In this document: in pieces, positions 37,288-49,781 of the stretch | How positions within the stretch are numbered: the stretch's first letter is position 1 | How the letters are laid out: each line of letters opens with the position of its first letter | Origin: Octopus bimaculoides | Taxonomy: Eukaryota | Length of the DNA: 56,108 bases | Direction of reading: 5' to 3' | Assembly: GCF_001194135.2 (NCBI RefSeq) | Contig: NC_068987.1 | Location: 82,947,692-83,003,799 of the forward strand | The notes under the pieces: model-generated | What the model was told of the DNA's origin: nothing | Database searches by the model: none | What the model saw: the letters and a program-made list of their open reading frames with translations, nothing else | Program-made: the position numbers and the translations under genes

Positions 37288-38105
37288 TGTATATATGTAT
37301 CATCATTGTTTAACATCTGCCTTCCATGTTGGCATGAGCTAGATGGTTTGATAGGAGTTGACCAGACAGAAGACTGCACCAGACTTCTGTGTCTGTTTTG
37401 GCATGGTTTTTATGGCTAGATGCCCTTCCTAACACCAACCACTCCATAGAGTGGACTCTTTGAGTGTGTGTAAGATGCTCTTCAGCACAGTTTTAGTCTA
37501 CCAAGTTCCACTCATAATGTATTGATCCAATCAATGAATGGCAGAAAATAATTTTCTATGGTGCCATGCAGTTCAATCAAACCAGAGACATGTGGTTGCA
37601 GAGCAAGCCCCTTAACCATACAGCCATGCCTACACCATAAAAGGGCCTGTATTATATCACAGCTGGTAGTTTTTATATGAAGTTGTATTAGTGAAACTAA
37701 CCAGTAGTATTTACTCTGGGTTTGATAGGTTGTAAATATACTTAACTGGAGTAATTTGCTCAGTTGATGGTCCCAGCTGGTAGTGTTTAGATTATTTCTG
37801 TAAGCTCTTTAGCAAAACCCCTTTACTTAAATGACAACCTCTTCATCAAAGTATGCATGTGTGTGTGTGTGTGTGTGTGTGTGTACATGCACATGTGTGT
37901 GTTTCTTTTGTTCTGTTCTCTTTATATCTAAACTATTCTTTAAGGAATACCTTTTACTATTTTCAGCAGATGCAGATGTAGACAACTGAAATCAGCTTTG
38001 TTTTCATACCTTTAGTAGCAGCTACAAAATAGCTTCACTATTAATAGTTGCCTTTCACTTGGGACTCTTACATGATGACTGCTATGAAAATAAAAAAATT
38101 ATCTG

Positions 38106-38155
<50 letters not shown>

Positions 38156-39878
38156 TCATTTAAGCACAATAGATTAGACTCCTGGAAAAAAAAAATTCCT
38201 AACATCGGGTTACAAGAAGTAACCTTAGATGCCAAGAACCTACCTATCTATCCAAACTGTCCCTAATAACACTGTTTTCTAGAGCTGCACTAGACAAGAC
38301 TTTACGCCTCTTTCCTCTATCCATCCATCGTCATCATCTTCATCAACATTTACTACTACTACTACTACTACTACTGCTGCTGCTGTTGTTGTTATTGTTC
38401 AGTGCACTACAGTGATAAGCCCTTATCATTTACATTAACTTACCCTATTCTCAAGCCACAATGGCAGCCCCTTCGTCTCTCCCTTAATCTCTTGCTCAAT
38501 AGATTTGATAATGTGTTCTTTGTTCATAAAGTAAGATTGTCATTTATTTATCTTTGCTACCTACTTGTGCTTTTTCAGAATTCAAACAAATTAATTATCT
38601 TATAGAGCAAGATAAAAAGGATAAGGCTGAGAGGAAGAAAGGAACAATGCCAGGAGTCTTTGTGTTTGTTTTAACCAAAAAAGAAAGGATGGGAGTAGAA
38701 GTTTTATTAATGTTTTTATGAGAGGATGAAAAGGCGGGAAATATTTTGTGTTTATAAAACGAAGAGCAATAATACACTAAGATGTCATTAGGGAATATTA
38801 TGTCTTTTCTACTCTAGGCACAAGGCCCAAAGTTTTGGGGGAGGGAGCCAGTTGATTAGATCGACTCCAGTATGCAACTGGTACTTAATTTATCAACCAG
38901 CTGCAGAAAAAATCTGCCTCAAATAGATTTTGTCCAACCCATGCAAACATGGAAATGTAGACCTGTGAATGACGAAGACGACAAAGATGATGATAATGAT
39001 GAGGAGGAGGATGACAATATGATAATGAGATGATGACGACTATGATGATGATAATGATGACAATGCTGAAAACAAAGATGATGCTCCTCACTGAAGCAGC
39101 CTATGAGCTTCTTACTCTCTCTCTCACCCTGCTCCCCACCTGCCAGTTTTAGGGACCCTATAAGATCACGGGGATTTCTTTCCCTTCCTGTTGACTATTC
39201 ATTTTTAATCAAACTTCAGCAATTTATTCTGAATGGATTTTGAACCTGCTATTTCTTTTAAATGCATAAAATCTTCATTAAAGATGTAATTACCATGTGC
39301 TTTAATTAGCACACATCTTCAAAGTTAGCTAATTAAAACTTTATATGGCTATGTAGGAACAACAGAAATATATTGATAACAGAAAAAGTAAATTTTATAA
39401 AAGTAATTTGTAAGTAGAATTTTGCTTTCCTGTTATGTTACCCAAATTAGACATTACATAACTGTAATAAATTAATTAGTAATTAGAACAGTGTGCTCAT
39501 TATCAACTTTGCTGTTCTGGTGCTGCAGGCATGGCTGCATGGTTAAGAAGCTTCCTTCCCAATTACATAGTTCTGGGTTCAGTCCCACTGCGTGGCACTT
39601 TGAGCAAGTGTTTTCTACTAAAGCCCTCAGCTGGAAATCGTAGACCGGAACTGATAAAACTTGTATATGTGTGTGTGTGTAAGGATAATTTCTTAAGTAT
39701 GTGTCACAACGGTATCCAATTCTATTGAGTGGACCAGCATCATCATGATGTGACATTGTATTGAGTCCTGAGCGTGAAACAGGATTTTCTTTTGTCGTTC
39801 ATTCCTCTCTTTTAGCGAATGTGAGAAATCCATTGAGGATTTAATAACACTTTCAAGAGGGACTCTATACTTTCTGAT

Positions 39879-39923
<45 letters not shown>

Positions 39924-40017
39924 ACACACATATTTTCCAAAATGTAACTACATGTGGACTGTTGTTGATTTTCTTCCTCCATCTTCTTCTTCTTCTTTTG
40001 GACTTTCCTCTGTCTAC

Positions 40018-40054
40018 TGTTTCTGAAGAAGAGCTTTGCTCGAAATGTAAAACA
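40018..40054 (+). ncRNA. minimal type I hammerhead ribozyme-like motif with canonical core, in fj intron
   Basis: stem I TGTTT(40018-40022)/AAACA(40050-40054); CTGAAGA(40023-40029) plus A; helix II GAGC-TTT-GCTC; GAAA(40042-40045); stem III ATGT (probable CpG decay of ACGT); predicted cleavage triplet GUA. Confidence 0.65.
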
Positions 40055-40782
40055 TCATTTCTTTCCGTCTTCGAGTGTCTTATTAATACTTTGCACGCAC
40101 TACATCCTCGAATTGTTGTTTACTTCTTCTTGTCTTTTTCTCCACTTTTTTGATTAACTATGTGTGTGTGTGTGTATGCAGTCCCATAGTCATTCATTAC
40201 CGAAGAGAGTCTTTACCCTTTTTTAACCTGTGTGTAATAAAACCCACCAAGTAACATGTGTGAATATATATCATTGCTATTATGCAAAAGTGTCATAAGT
40301 CCAAAATGTTGCTTTTTCAGAAAATGAAAAAAATCGTTTCACCATTCCATAGCAAAAACATTGTACTACACTTTGACAATATTTGATATTTTGGCATCTG
40401 AAGCAGCTAGAGATACAATAGTTTGACCAAAAGAACTGGCTATTGCAAGCAAAAGTAAATATTTAAAAAAATGCATTTGGCCACATTTGGACATACAACA
40501 GTTTAACATAATAGCAGCGATATATTTTTCTTTGAATGAATTTTCTTTTGATGGTAGTATTTGGTTGCCAGTAGGAAGAGAGAGAAGGCTGGACAAAAAC
40601 AACTTTGAAGAAGTAGAAGATTAAAATAATGCCGATTCCATTTGAGGTTCCTTTAAATGATAAAACAAACTGTTTTTCCATGTAATAAAACAGCAAAACA
40701 AGAATTGATATCTTGAAAGAAAACAAGCCGAATCAAAGAGTCAAATAGAAATATCAGCTGGTTTTTGTAAGGAATACGAATA

Positions 40783-40794
40783 GCAATAATAATG

Positions 40795-40845
<51 letters not shown>

Positions 40846-40994
40846 GCAATAATGATTAACAGAGTGATGATGATGTTAATAATAATAATAGTAATAATAA
40901 TAGTAATAATAATAATGATGATAATAATAATAATAATAATAACAGCAGCAATAATAATAATGATTATAAGAGTGACGATGAAAGTGATGATGTT

Positions 40995-41044
<50 letters not shown>

Positions 41045-41287
41045 GAAGAAGTAGTGGTAGTGGTGGTGGCGGCTGTGGTGATAGCAACAGCAGCAGCAGT
41101 AGTAGTGGTGGTGGTTGTAGTAGTAGTAGTAGTAGTAGTAGTACTAGTAGTAGTAGTAACAATAATAATAGAAATAATAAAAACAATAAGAATAACTAAA
41201 GTAATAACAAGAATAACTACAATAATAAGTGATAATAATAACGGTGATGATGATGATAACTATAATAACAGCAACAACAACAACAAC

Positions 41288-41339
<52 letters not shown>

Positions 41340-41385
41340 GCAGTAATAATAATAGTAGTAGTAACAAGAACAACAACAATAATAT
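40783..41385. repeat. compound (AAT)n/(GAT)/(AGT)n/(AAC)n array of about 600 bp
   Basis: direct reading; produces spurious poly-I/N ORFs. Confidence 0.95.
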
Positions 41386-41966
41386 GGGATAGTGATTACA
41401 AAACCAAACCAAGAAGTGTTGATGTTAAGATAAATAGGCAAAGGGATGATGCTAGTTTGCATCATCTGCAGAAGACAGATGCTGAGTCGTTTCTTTAACT
41501 GTCATCAGATGTGAGGTAGACTGAAGTAATTCTGTTCCAGTAGGCTAACTTCTTCCAGTCCAACCGAACTACTAGTTAAGTAGAGAAGCCGGTAAGCAGG
41601 ACTCCATATCCAATGTTGATAGACAGAAGACTTTTCTGTGTAATAAAGAAAGTAAACAGAGCAGACAATAGTCTCTGTGGAAAAATCTGTTAAATGTATT
41701 ACAGGGTTGCGCCTGTACAATTCATTCATATTTCCAATGCTGCAAAAGCAATTTAAAAGTGTTAGCTTCTTCTGTACATATGAGAGAGAGAGGGGGTGGT
41801 GGATATGTGTGTGTGTGTGTGTGTGCATCATCCTGGTTATGGATGTGCATGGGGTGGAAGTGTTGATAGGGGTGTGTTTGAGTCTATTCATAAAATAAAG
41901 TGAAATGTATGAGAGTATATAAATGCACCAACCCAACACAAGTTATATATATATGTATGTGTACAC

Positions 41967-41999
<33 letters not shown>

Positions 42000-42624
42000 T
42001 TGTTATTATTATCCTAGGCGTAGGAGNNNNNNNNNNNNNNNNNNNNNNNNNNNNNNNNNNNNNNNNNNNNNNNNNNNNNNNNNNNNNNNNNNNNNNNNNN
42101 NNNNNNNNNNNNNNNNNNNNNNNNNNNNNNNNNNNNNNNNNNNNNNNNNNNNNNNNNNNNNNNNNNNNNNNNNNNNNNNNNNNNNNNNNNNNNNNNNNNN
42201 NNNNNNNNNNNNNNNNNNNNNNNNNNNNNNNNNNNNNNNNNNNNNNNNNNNNNNNNNNNNNNNNNNNNNNNNNNNNNNNNNNNNNNNNNNNNNNNNNNNN
42301 NNNNNNNNNNNNNNNNNNNNNNNNNNNNNNNNNNNNNNNNNNNNNNNNNNNNNNNNNNNNNNNNNNNNNNNNNNNNNNNNNNNNNNNNNNNNNNNNNNNN
42401 NNNNNNNNNNNNNNTTTACTTTCCCATAACTTAGCGGTTTGGCAAAAGAGACTGATAGAACAAGTACTAGGCTTACAAAGAAAAAGTCTTGGGGTTGATT
42501 TGCTCGACTAAAGGTGGTGCTCCAGCATGGCCACAATCAAATGACTGAAACAAGTAAAAGAGTAAAAGAATACATATATATATACACACATATGTATATA
42601 TAAATACACACACATTATTATATA

Positions 42625-43040
42625 TATCATCATCGTCATCATCATCATCGTTTAACATCTGCTTTTGGACGATTTGACTGAGGACTGTGAACCGGATGGC
42701 TGCACCAGGCTCCAATCTGATCTGGCAGAGTTTCTACAGCTGGAATCCCTTCCTAACGCCAACCACTCTGAGAGTGTTGTGGGTGCTTTTACGTGCCACC
42801 ATCACAAGGGCCAGTCAGGCAGTACTGGCAACAGCCACACTCAAAATGGTGTTTTTTATGCGCCACCTGCATAGGAGCCAGTCCAGCGGCTGGGAAGCTG
42901 CACTTGGTTCCAGTCTGATTTGGCTTTGTTTCTACAGCTGGATGCCCTTCCTAATGCCAACCACTTTATAGAGTGTGCTGGGTGTTTTTAATGTGGCAAT
43001 GGTGCCAGCATTAAAACACCAGTATGAGCACTTTTTATAT
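42625..43040 (-). mobile_element. family B copy or copies
   Basis: tttctacagctggatgcccttcctaa motif occurs twice. Confidence 0.75.
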
Positions 43041-44305
43041 GGCACCAACACACTTAAAATATGTACATATATATATACATATATATATTAGAGAGAGAGA
43101 TGGATGGATGGATGGATGGATGGATGGATGGATGGATGGATGGATGGATGGATGGATGGATAGGTCATTATCATTTAATACCCATTTTCCATGCTGGAAT
43201 GGATTGGACAGTTTGGCAATATCCAATGTGCTGAATGAAATCTATCTATACGTAATGCATATATATAATTCTATACATTTTACATATGATATATGCATAT
43301 ATGTATGTATGTATGAACACATATTTCATGAAACATAAAACGTAATGAAATCACAAAAACAATACTTTTTTTATTCCTGCATCAAATAACAATAATTAAA
43401 ATGATCTGACGATGGCCTCTTATCCTCTGATGTTTTGGCTTCATTGCATTAAAACCTCTTTCAATTCCTCCCTGCTTCCACCTATAAACAGTCTATCATG
43501 ATACTCGAGGCATGATATATCTATTCCACGACACCTAATCAACCAGGTCAAAGATCAAAACATCAATTTCAAGCCTTGTATAACAATTGCATTCTGAAAT
43601 CAATTAATGATGCATAAGTTTATCTAATTTGTCCTGACTTGTGTTGTTAGTCCCTGCAGAATCTAATTATTCTTAACAGAATATCCGGATCAGCTTAATT
43701 AGTTGTAGATTCATAATTACTATTTCTGCTCAAAGATATTTACATGACGAGAATGGTAAGAGCTGGCTGTCAAGCATTTCCACATCTGTCAATTTCTGCA
43801 AATGATAAATAGTTTCTCTTATTCTAGTTTCCTCTGTTCAGCGATTTATTCCCATAATTTTATCAACATGTTTTGTTTCATGAAGCTAGTATTGTTGAAT
43901 CGGCGAGAACTATGGCAGAGAGAAGTTGAGAGAGAGACACAAAGAGGAGTTGTGAAGCTTGAAGGCAAACAAAGGGTTTGGATCCCAATGCAAAATGCTG
44001 ACTAGATAAAATTAAATGAGCCGTGAATAACGAGTGTGATGTTAAGTTAAACCTTGATGAAAATTTAGTTGAGAAAGTAACTGGGGTTATCAAACAAAGG
44101 CCTACGCAAAGTGTGTGCAGAAGAGGTGGTTGTACTGATATGGACATAGAATGCAATTGGGTGATGGATAATGTTGGATTGAAAACGTGTTGTAAATTGA
44201 TAGTGTGCATTTCTATGTGTATGAGGTGAAGGTGAAGGTGAATGTGGCAGCAGCAACAGCAGTAGTAGGTGTAGTGGTGGATGTGACAGTAGTAGTAGTA
44301 GTAGT

Positions 44306-44340
<35 letters not shown>

Positions 44341-44715
44341 TAACAGCAAACACGATATTGAATAATTCTCTATATGTCTACTAAAAACTTTAACATACTT
44401 CCAAAATGAGATTTCATCCATGTTTATCCACGTGCGTCTATGTGTAGGTATGTGTGTGCTGGGTGGTGAGGTATGTGGATGAAATTTGGAGTTTTTCATA
44501 TGAAATTTGAAATTAATTAATTCTTTGTTTGCCATGTTGTTAGTCTCCCTAATTTTCCACGTAGATCGAAAAAATAAAATTTTGAAAAAAGTTAAGAATT
44601 TAAAAATTGTGGGGAGGGGGGAATTTAAAATTTTGAAAATGTGATTTTTTTGCATATTCAGAATCTCCATCATCGAAAACCTAGGAATCTACTGAGAAAA
44701 AAAAAAAAATTTCCA

Positions 44716-45107
44716 AGTGGATGTGTGGTAAGTAGCTTGCTTACCAACAACATGGCTCCGGGTTCATTCCCACTGCGTGACACCTTGGGCAAGTGTCTTC
44801 TTCTATAGCCTCAGACCAACCAAAGCCTTGTGAATGGATTTGGTAGACGGAAGCTGAAAGAAGCCTGTCGTATATATGTATATATATATGTGTGTATGTT
44901 TGCGTGTCTGTGTTTGTCCTCCCAACATCGTTTGACAATCGATGGTGGTATGTTTACGTCCCTGTAACTTAGTGGTTCGGCAAAAGAAACTGATAAAACA
45001 AGTACTAGGCTTACAAAGAATAAGTCTTGGGGTTGATTTTCTCGACTAAAGGCGGTGCTCCAGCATGGCCGCAGTCCAAAAAGGACTGAAACAAGTAAGT
45101 AAAGAGA
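44716..45107 (+). mobile_element. SINE family A copy
   Basis: head, microsatellite, complete tail. Confidence 0.85.
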
Positions 45108-46274
45108 AAGCTTGGTTTTGTTTTTTTTTTGGAGTTGGTGGAGTGACTGTCATCCAGCTCCACTATGTTATCTGTCTTATTATTCTGAGTTCAAACACTG
45201 CTGGGGTCGACTTTGCCTTTCATCCTTTTGGGGTCAATAAAATAGGTACCAGTTGAGTACTGGAGTCAATGTAATCAACTTTCCCCTCCCCCAAAACTTG
45301 CTGGCCTTGTGCCAAAAATTTGAAACCAATATCAAAGATGAGAATAATGATAATGAAGACATGAAGAGACAATGATGATGACGATACACTCAAGCCTTAT
45401 TGATCTTCATCTGCATTAAATGTGCTTTAGAGATACTGTATTAAAATGTTAATGAAGTGAAAATGAATTAAAGAAAAGTTTTGTTTTTATATTTGGTTTG
45501 CAAGATTCCTGATGTGAACCTGTATGCTGAAACATAAAAATATATTGGGAGGGTCATTATGCCAATAATAAACACATGCACTGGTTCTATTTCACTTCTT
45601 TATCTGTCAATCAGTTAATCATTTAATCCATTAAGCAACCAATTGTTTGATTAGTTGCTTAGTCAATCAACCAATCAATCAACTGATTTTATCAAAGTCC
45701 TTTTGTAACCATTTGCAACATTATCATCGACACACCTTCTCTATCCCAGGTTTGCCTGTCTCATATTTTGCAGGTTCTATATTTATATTTATACGGATGT
45801 GATTGAGGATGTAAGTGAAAGAGTGAGGTTGGTGGGGGAGGGGGGGATTACAGAAAGTTTATAATAAAATCTTCAAAGAAATATTATCCTACTTTTACAA
45901 TTAAATTAGCTAATTTTTAATTCAATAACACACTTTATAATCCTAAATAAAACCAGCACTTAATGCTCTTTAATTTTGTAAAGCTTATTATCTCTCTCCG
46001 GATTATCTCAAGTAACGAGATACAGCTGACCATTCAGCAATGCATTTCACTGATATCGAACATACGAGTGAAATGCTACTAGCCTTCACTGCTGACCTCT
46101 ATCCATTACACAGTTATCTCCTCTTGTACCTTCTACTTTCTCCACCTTTATTTTTTATTGTTGGTGTAGTTTTCTTAATTTCCACTCTCACTACACCCCA
46201 ATCTGTTTATCAAGCACCACTAGAAAACAGCTCATTACTCTCTCCTTACACCTCACTCTCTCTCCCTTTCCTCT

Positions 46275-46309
<35 letters not shown>

Positions 46310-47521
46310 AGTGAGAGAGACTTTACATTATTGCTCAACCTATTGGAAATAGCAGAAACAAAGACTCACACACACAACGAACTTCTTTCAGTTTCCATCT
46401 ATCAAATCCGCTCGCAAGGCTTTGGTCCGCCCAAGGCTATAGCAGAAGACACTTGCCCAAGGGGCCATGCAGTGGGATTGAACCTGGAACAACATGGTCA
46501 GGAAGCAAACTTCTAGCCACACAGCTATGTCTGTGATAAAATGCATAAAGCATGCAAACTGCTTCGCAAAAATATTTCAAATTCTTTACAAAATAGCTTA
46601 GTAGAAATCCAAGGACTGAATCGAAGATCATCTGGTTGCTTCCCAACCATATGGTCTTGGGTTCAGTCCCACTTTGCAGCACTTTGAACAAGTGATTTCT
46701 ATTAGCCCTGGGCCAGCCAAAACCTTGTGAATGGATTTGGCTGACAGAAACTGAAGCATTAAGAGTGATCCCTCAGGTGGTGAAAAGCACTCATGTAAAA
46801 GTGCCTGTGCAGTGCCACATAAAAATGTCCATGTGGTGCCACGTAAAAGCACCCAGTGACACTCTATAAAGTGGTTGACATTAGAAAGGGCATCCAGCCA
46901 TAGAGGACCCTGCCAAATCAGACTGGAGTCTGGTGCAGCTCCCCAGCTCTGGCCAAACCATCCAACCCATGCCAGCATGGACAATGGACGTTAAATGATG
47001 ATGATGATGAAGATGGTATATACAGGGTTGGCCAGACGTCAACAGATAGTAAATCAAAACCACTTAATTCCAAGATTTATTTATGTTTAACAACTGAATG
47101 AATTTAATAAAAGCATCTAAATATGAAACATGATGAAAATTGTTCAACCTGAAGTCCTTCTTGAGTGACACATTTTTCCATTTGAGTCAATACAAAATTA
47201 CAGATAGTATTTATGGAATTTTGATTTACTTTTGGGTGACTTTTGGCCAACAATGTATATATATGTATATGTGTGTGGATGTGTGTTCCCTTGTCTTGAA
47301 TCATGATTATAAACAAACATCACAAGTGATGTTGGTCATTTCCAGTCTTCAGTAATAGATATGCCATGGGGGAAATGTTACCTTGCTTCAAAATAGATGA
47401 GGGTTGGTGACAGGAAGGGCATCTGGCCATAGAAAATCTGCCTCAGCAAATTGCATCTGACCCTTGCAAACATAGAAATGTCGATGTTAAACGATGATGA
47501 CGTTAAATGATGATGAACCCT

Positions 47522-47928
47522 TACTCTTTTACTTGTTTCAGTCATTTTACTGCAACCATGCTGGAGCACTGCCTTTAGTCGAGCAAATCGACCCCAGAAC
47601 TTATTCTTTGTAAGCCTAGTACTTATTCTATCGGTCTCTTTTGCCAAACCGCTAAGTTACAGGGACGTAAACACACCACCATCAGTTGTCAAGCGATGGT
47701 GGACGGACAAACAGAGACACAAAAACATATACACACACATACATACATATATACATATATATATACGATGGGCTTCTTTCAGTTTCCGTCTACCAAATCC
47801 ACTCACAAGGCTTTGATTGGCCTGAGACTATAGTAGAAGACACTTGCCCAAGGTGCCATGCAGTGGGAATGAACCCAGAACCGTATGGTTGGTAAGCAAG
47901 CTACTTACCACACAGCCACTCCTGCGCC
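47522..47928 (-). mobile_element. SINE family A copy, full length, ending 130 nt before the last fj acceptor
   Basis: reverse complement of a complete family A unit. Confidence 0.88.
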
Positions 47929-48058
47929 TATTAATCACTTTCATATAAATAAATTAATTATGAATGTTTAATTGACAAAAATGCATATAAAACAAAATAA
48001 ATCTAGTATTTTTTCTTGTATCTTCGTTTTGCTAAAGTAAACTCTATTTCTTTTGCAG

Positions 48059-48476
48059 AGTTGCCAGTATGCAAGATGCCGCTTTGAAAGAAAAACGTCC
48101 CAGCATTCTTCAGGAACATATTCGCAATCTTCGGAAGTCCCCAACAAGCGGAAAATTCTGGTTAATCGATAACGAGAGTGGTTTACTGGATGCTTACGAT
48201 TTACTTTATCGTGACAAAATAAGTGGGAAGAATTTCGTTTCATTCCATCAACAAATGCTGAAGACAATGTGCATATTTCAGAAATCCGTTGCCGACTCAC
48301 TTCAGACTCTGAAGAGCTTATCAGCCCCTCATTTAAAACTCGAAGACTTTGCTCGATATCATGAACCTTTATTAAACAAAATACCAAAGGACTACACATA
48401 TTCTCTGTTCAAGTCAATGTTCTCAAAAAGATTAGCCGAAGTTTCAAATTGGATTGAGTACTGTAAGACAAGATGA
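48059..48476 (+). CDS. fj: four-jointed/FJX1-family kinase, terminal coding exon with the DNE kinase motif
   Basis: ttttgcag acceptor (48057-48058); VASMQDAALKEKRPSILQEHIRNLRKSPTSGKFWLIDNESGLLDAY...CKTR*; DNE at 48168-48176; TGA at 48474-48476. Confidence 0.93.
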
Positions 48477-48593
48477 CAAATACATTCTACTATAGACTGA
48501 AGAAACATGTACATAAAAATATTGTGAAATAATACAAATGTAAATATTGATAATTATAATTATTGGCCATTGAGAAAAAAAAAAACTAAAAAT

Positions 48594-48599
48594 AATAAA
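48594..48599 (+). promoter_or_regulatory. candidate polyadenylation signal of the fj-like gene
   Basis: AATAAA about 120 nt after the stop codon, followed by GT/T-rich sequence (tttgtgtc...gtttttgttgcttgtc). Confidence 0.5.
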
Positions 48600-49414
48600 T
48601 TATTTGTGTCACATGATGTTTTTGTTGCTTGTCTTAATATCAGTTTTGTTGTTGTTCTTGTTGCTGAGCCTTGTGTAAGCCCTTACCAAGCAGATCAATG
48701 ATCAAAGGCCAGTTATGACCATCCAGCCATGACTATCTAGTCTTAATATGTATCTAGGACTACGTTGTCTAATATGTGCTTCTCTTTTGAAGATAGTAAG
48801 GTGTAATCTGAGGGAATTTGGCTGCTATTTCAGCAGGTTGATCAACAGTGCAGAAGCTCCCTCCTCAGCTCATAATATCATCATTGTTTGATGTTGGTGA
48901 TATCAATACGAAATATATGTTCTTTCCAGAATAAAATTTCTAGGAGATATTCATTGTTTTGTTGTTGCTCTTTTGCTTTATTTTTTTTGGATAGATTCAA
49001 ATTGTACATCATCATCACCACCATCAACATCATCATCCTCACCATCATCATCCTCACCATCATCATCATCATCATCATCACCACCACCATCATTTTTCTG
49101 TCTACTTCGGCATAGGCATAGTTGTGGCTGCGTGGTAAGAAGCTGGCTTCCCGGCCCGGTGCTTTCAGATCCAGTTCCTCTGCAGTTGACCTTAGCCAAG
49201 GGTCTTCTACTGCAGACCTTGACTGACCAAAGCCTTGCAAGTTTGGTAGATGGTAACTGAAAGAAACCTGTCATTGACACGTCCCTTAATCCCGTGGGAG
49301 GGTCATTGGGGCACTGCAGCCAAGCAGCATATCTAGGGTGAGAAACCCTGGAGGAGCCATGTGGTTGGAACCTGGAGCCATGTGGTTGGTAAGCTAGCTA
49401 CTTACCACACAGTC

Positions 49415-49781
49415 ACTACTGGCACGTAGAAAGCACCATTTGAGCGCGATCATTTCCAGCTTCGCCGTACTGGCACTCATGTCGGTGGCATGTGAACAAA
49501 ACATTGGACTGACTCTTGTGCAGGTGGCACGTAAAAAACACCATTTGAGCTTGGCCATTGCCAGTACTGCCAGACTGGCTCTCATGCCTGTGGCACGTAA
49601 AAAAGCACCCACTATACTCTCGGAGTGGTTGGCATTAGGAAGGGCATCCAGCTGTAGAAACTCTGCCAGATCAGATTGGAGTTTGGTGTAGCCATCTGGT
49701 TCGCCAGTTCCCAGTCAAATCGTCCAACCTATGCTGGCATGGAAAACGGACATTAAATGATGATGATGATGATGATGATGA
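49415..49781 (+). mobile_element. family B copy downstream of fj
   Basis: internal repeats, aggaagggcatccagc, (GAT)n tail. Confidence 0.8.

Larger units (their letters stand above)
434..42414. other. nine assembly gaps (N runs), mostly at dinucleotide microsatellites: about 434-978, 2429-2537, 3280-3728, 13774-13783, 14837-15445, 18300-18555, 34948-35161, 36710-37207, 42027-42414
   Basis: N runs, most flanked by (TA)n, (CA)n or (GA)n. Confidence 0.95.

Noticed and set aside
41485-41510. Minus-strand CTGATGA...GAAAC hammerhead-like words
   Set aside because: The intervening cagttaaa cannot form helix II and no stem I is present.
43380-44230. Non-repetitive stretch that might be a decayed Penelope or LINE ORF
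   Set aside because: All frames are interrupted and I could not identify a GIY-YIG or RT motif; it needs a translated profile search.
67-44673. Many long ORFs of poly-YI, poly-S/V/L/I/N/H or X runs in the ORF track
   Set aside because: They are translations of di- and trinucleotide microsatellites or read-through of N gaps, with no domain content or splice support.
48059-48060. Alternative acceptor AG two bases downstream of the chosen one
   Set aside because: It would put the DNE exon out of frame with the upstream exon.
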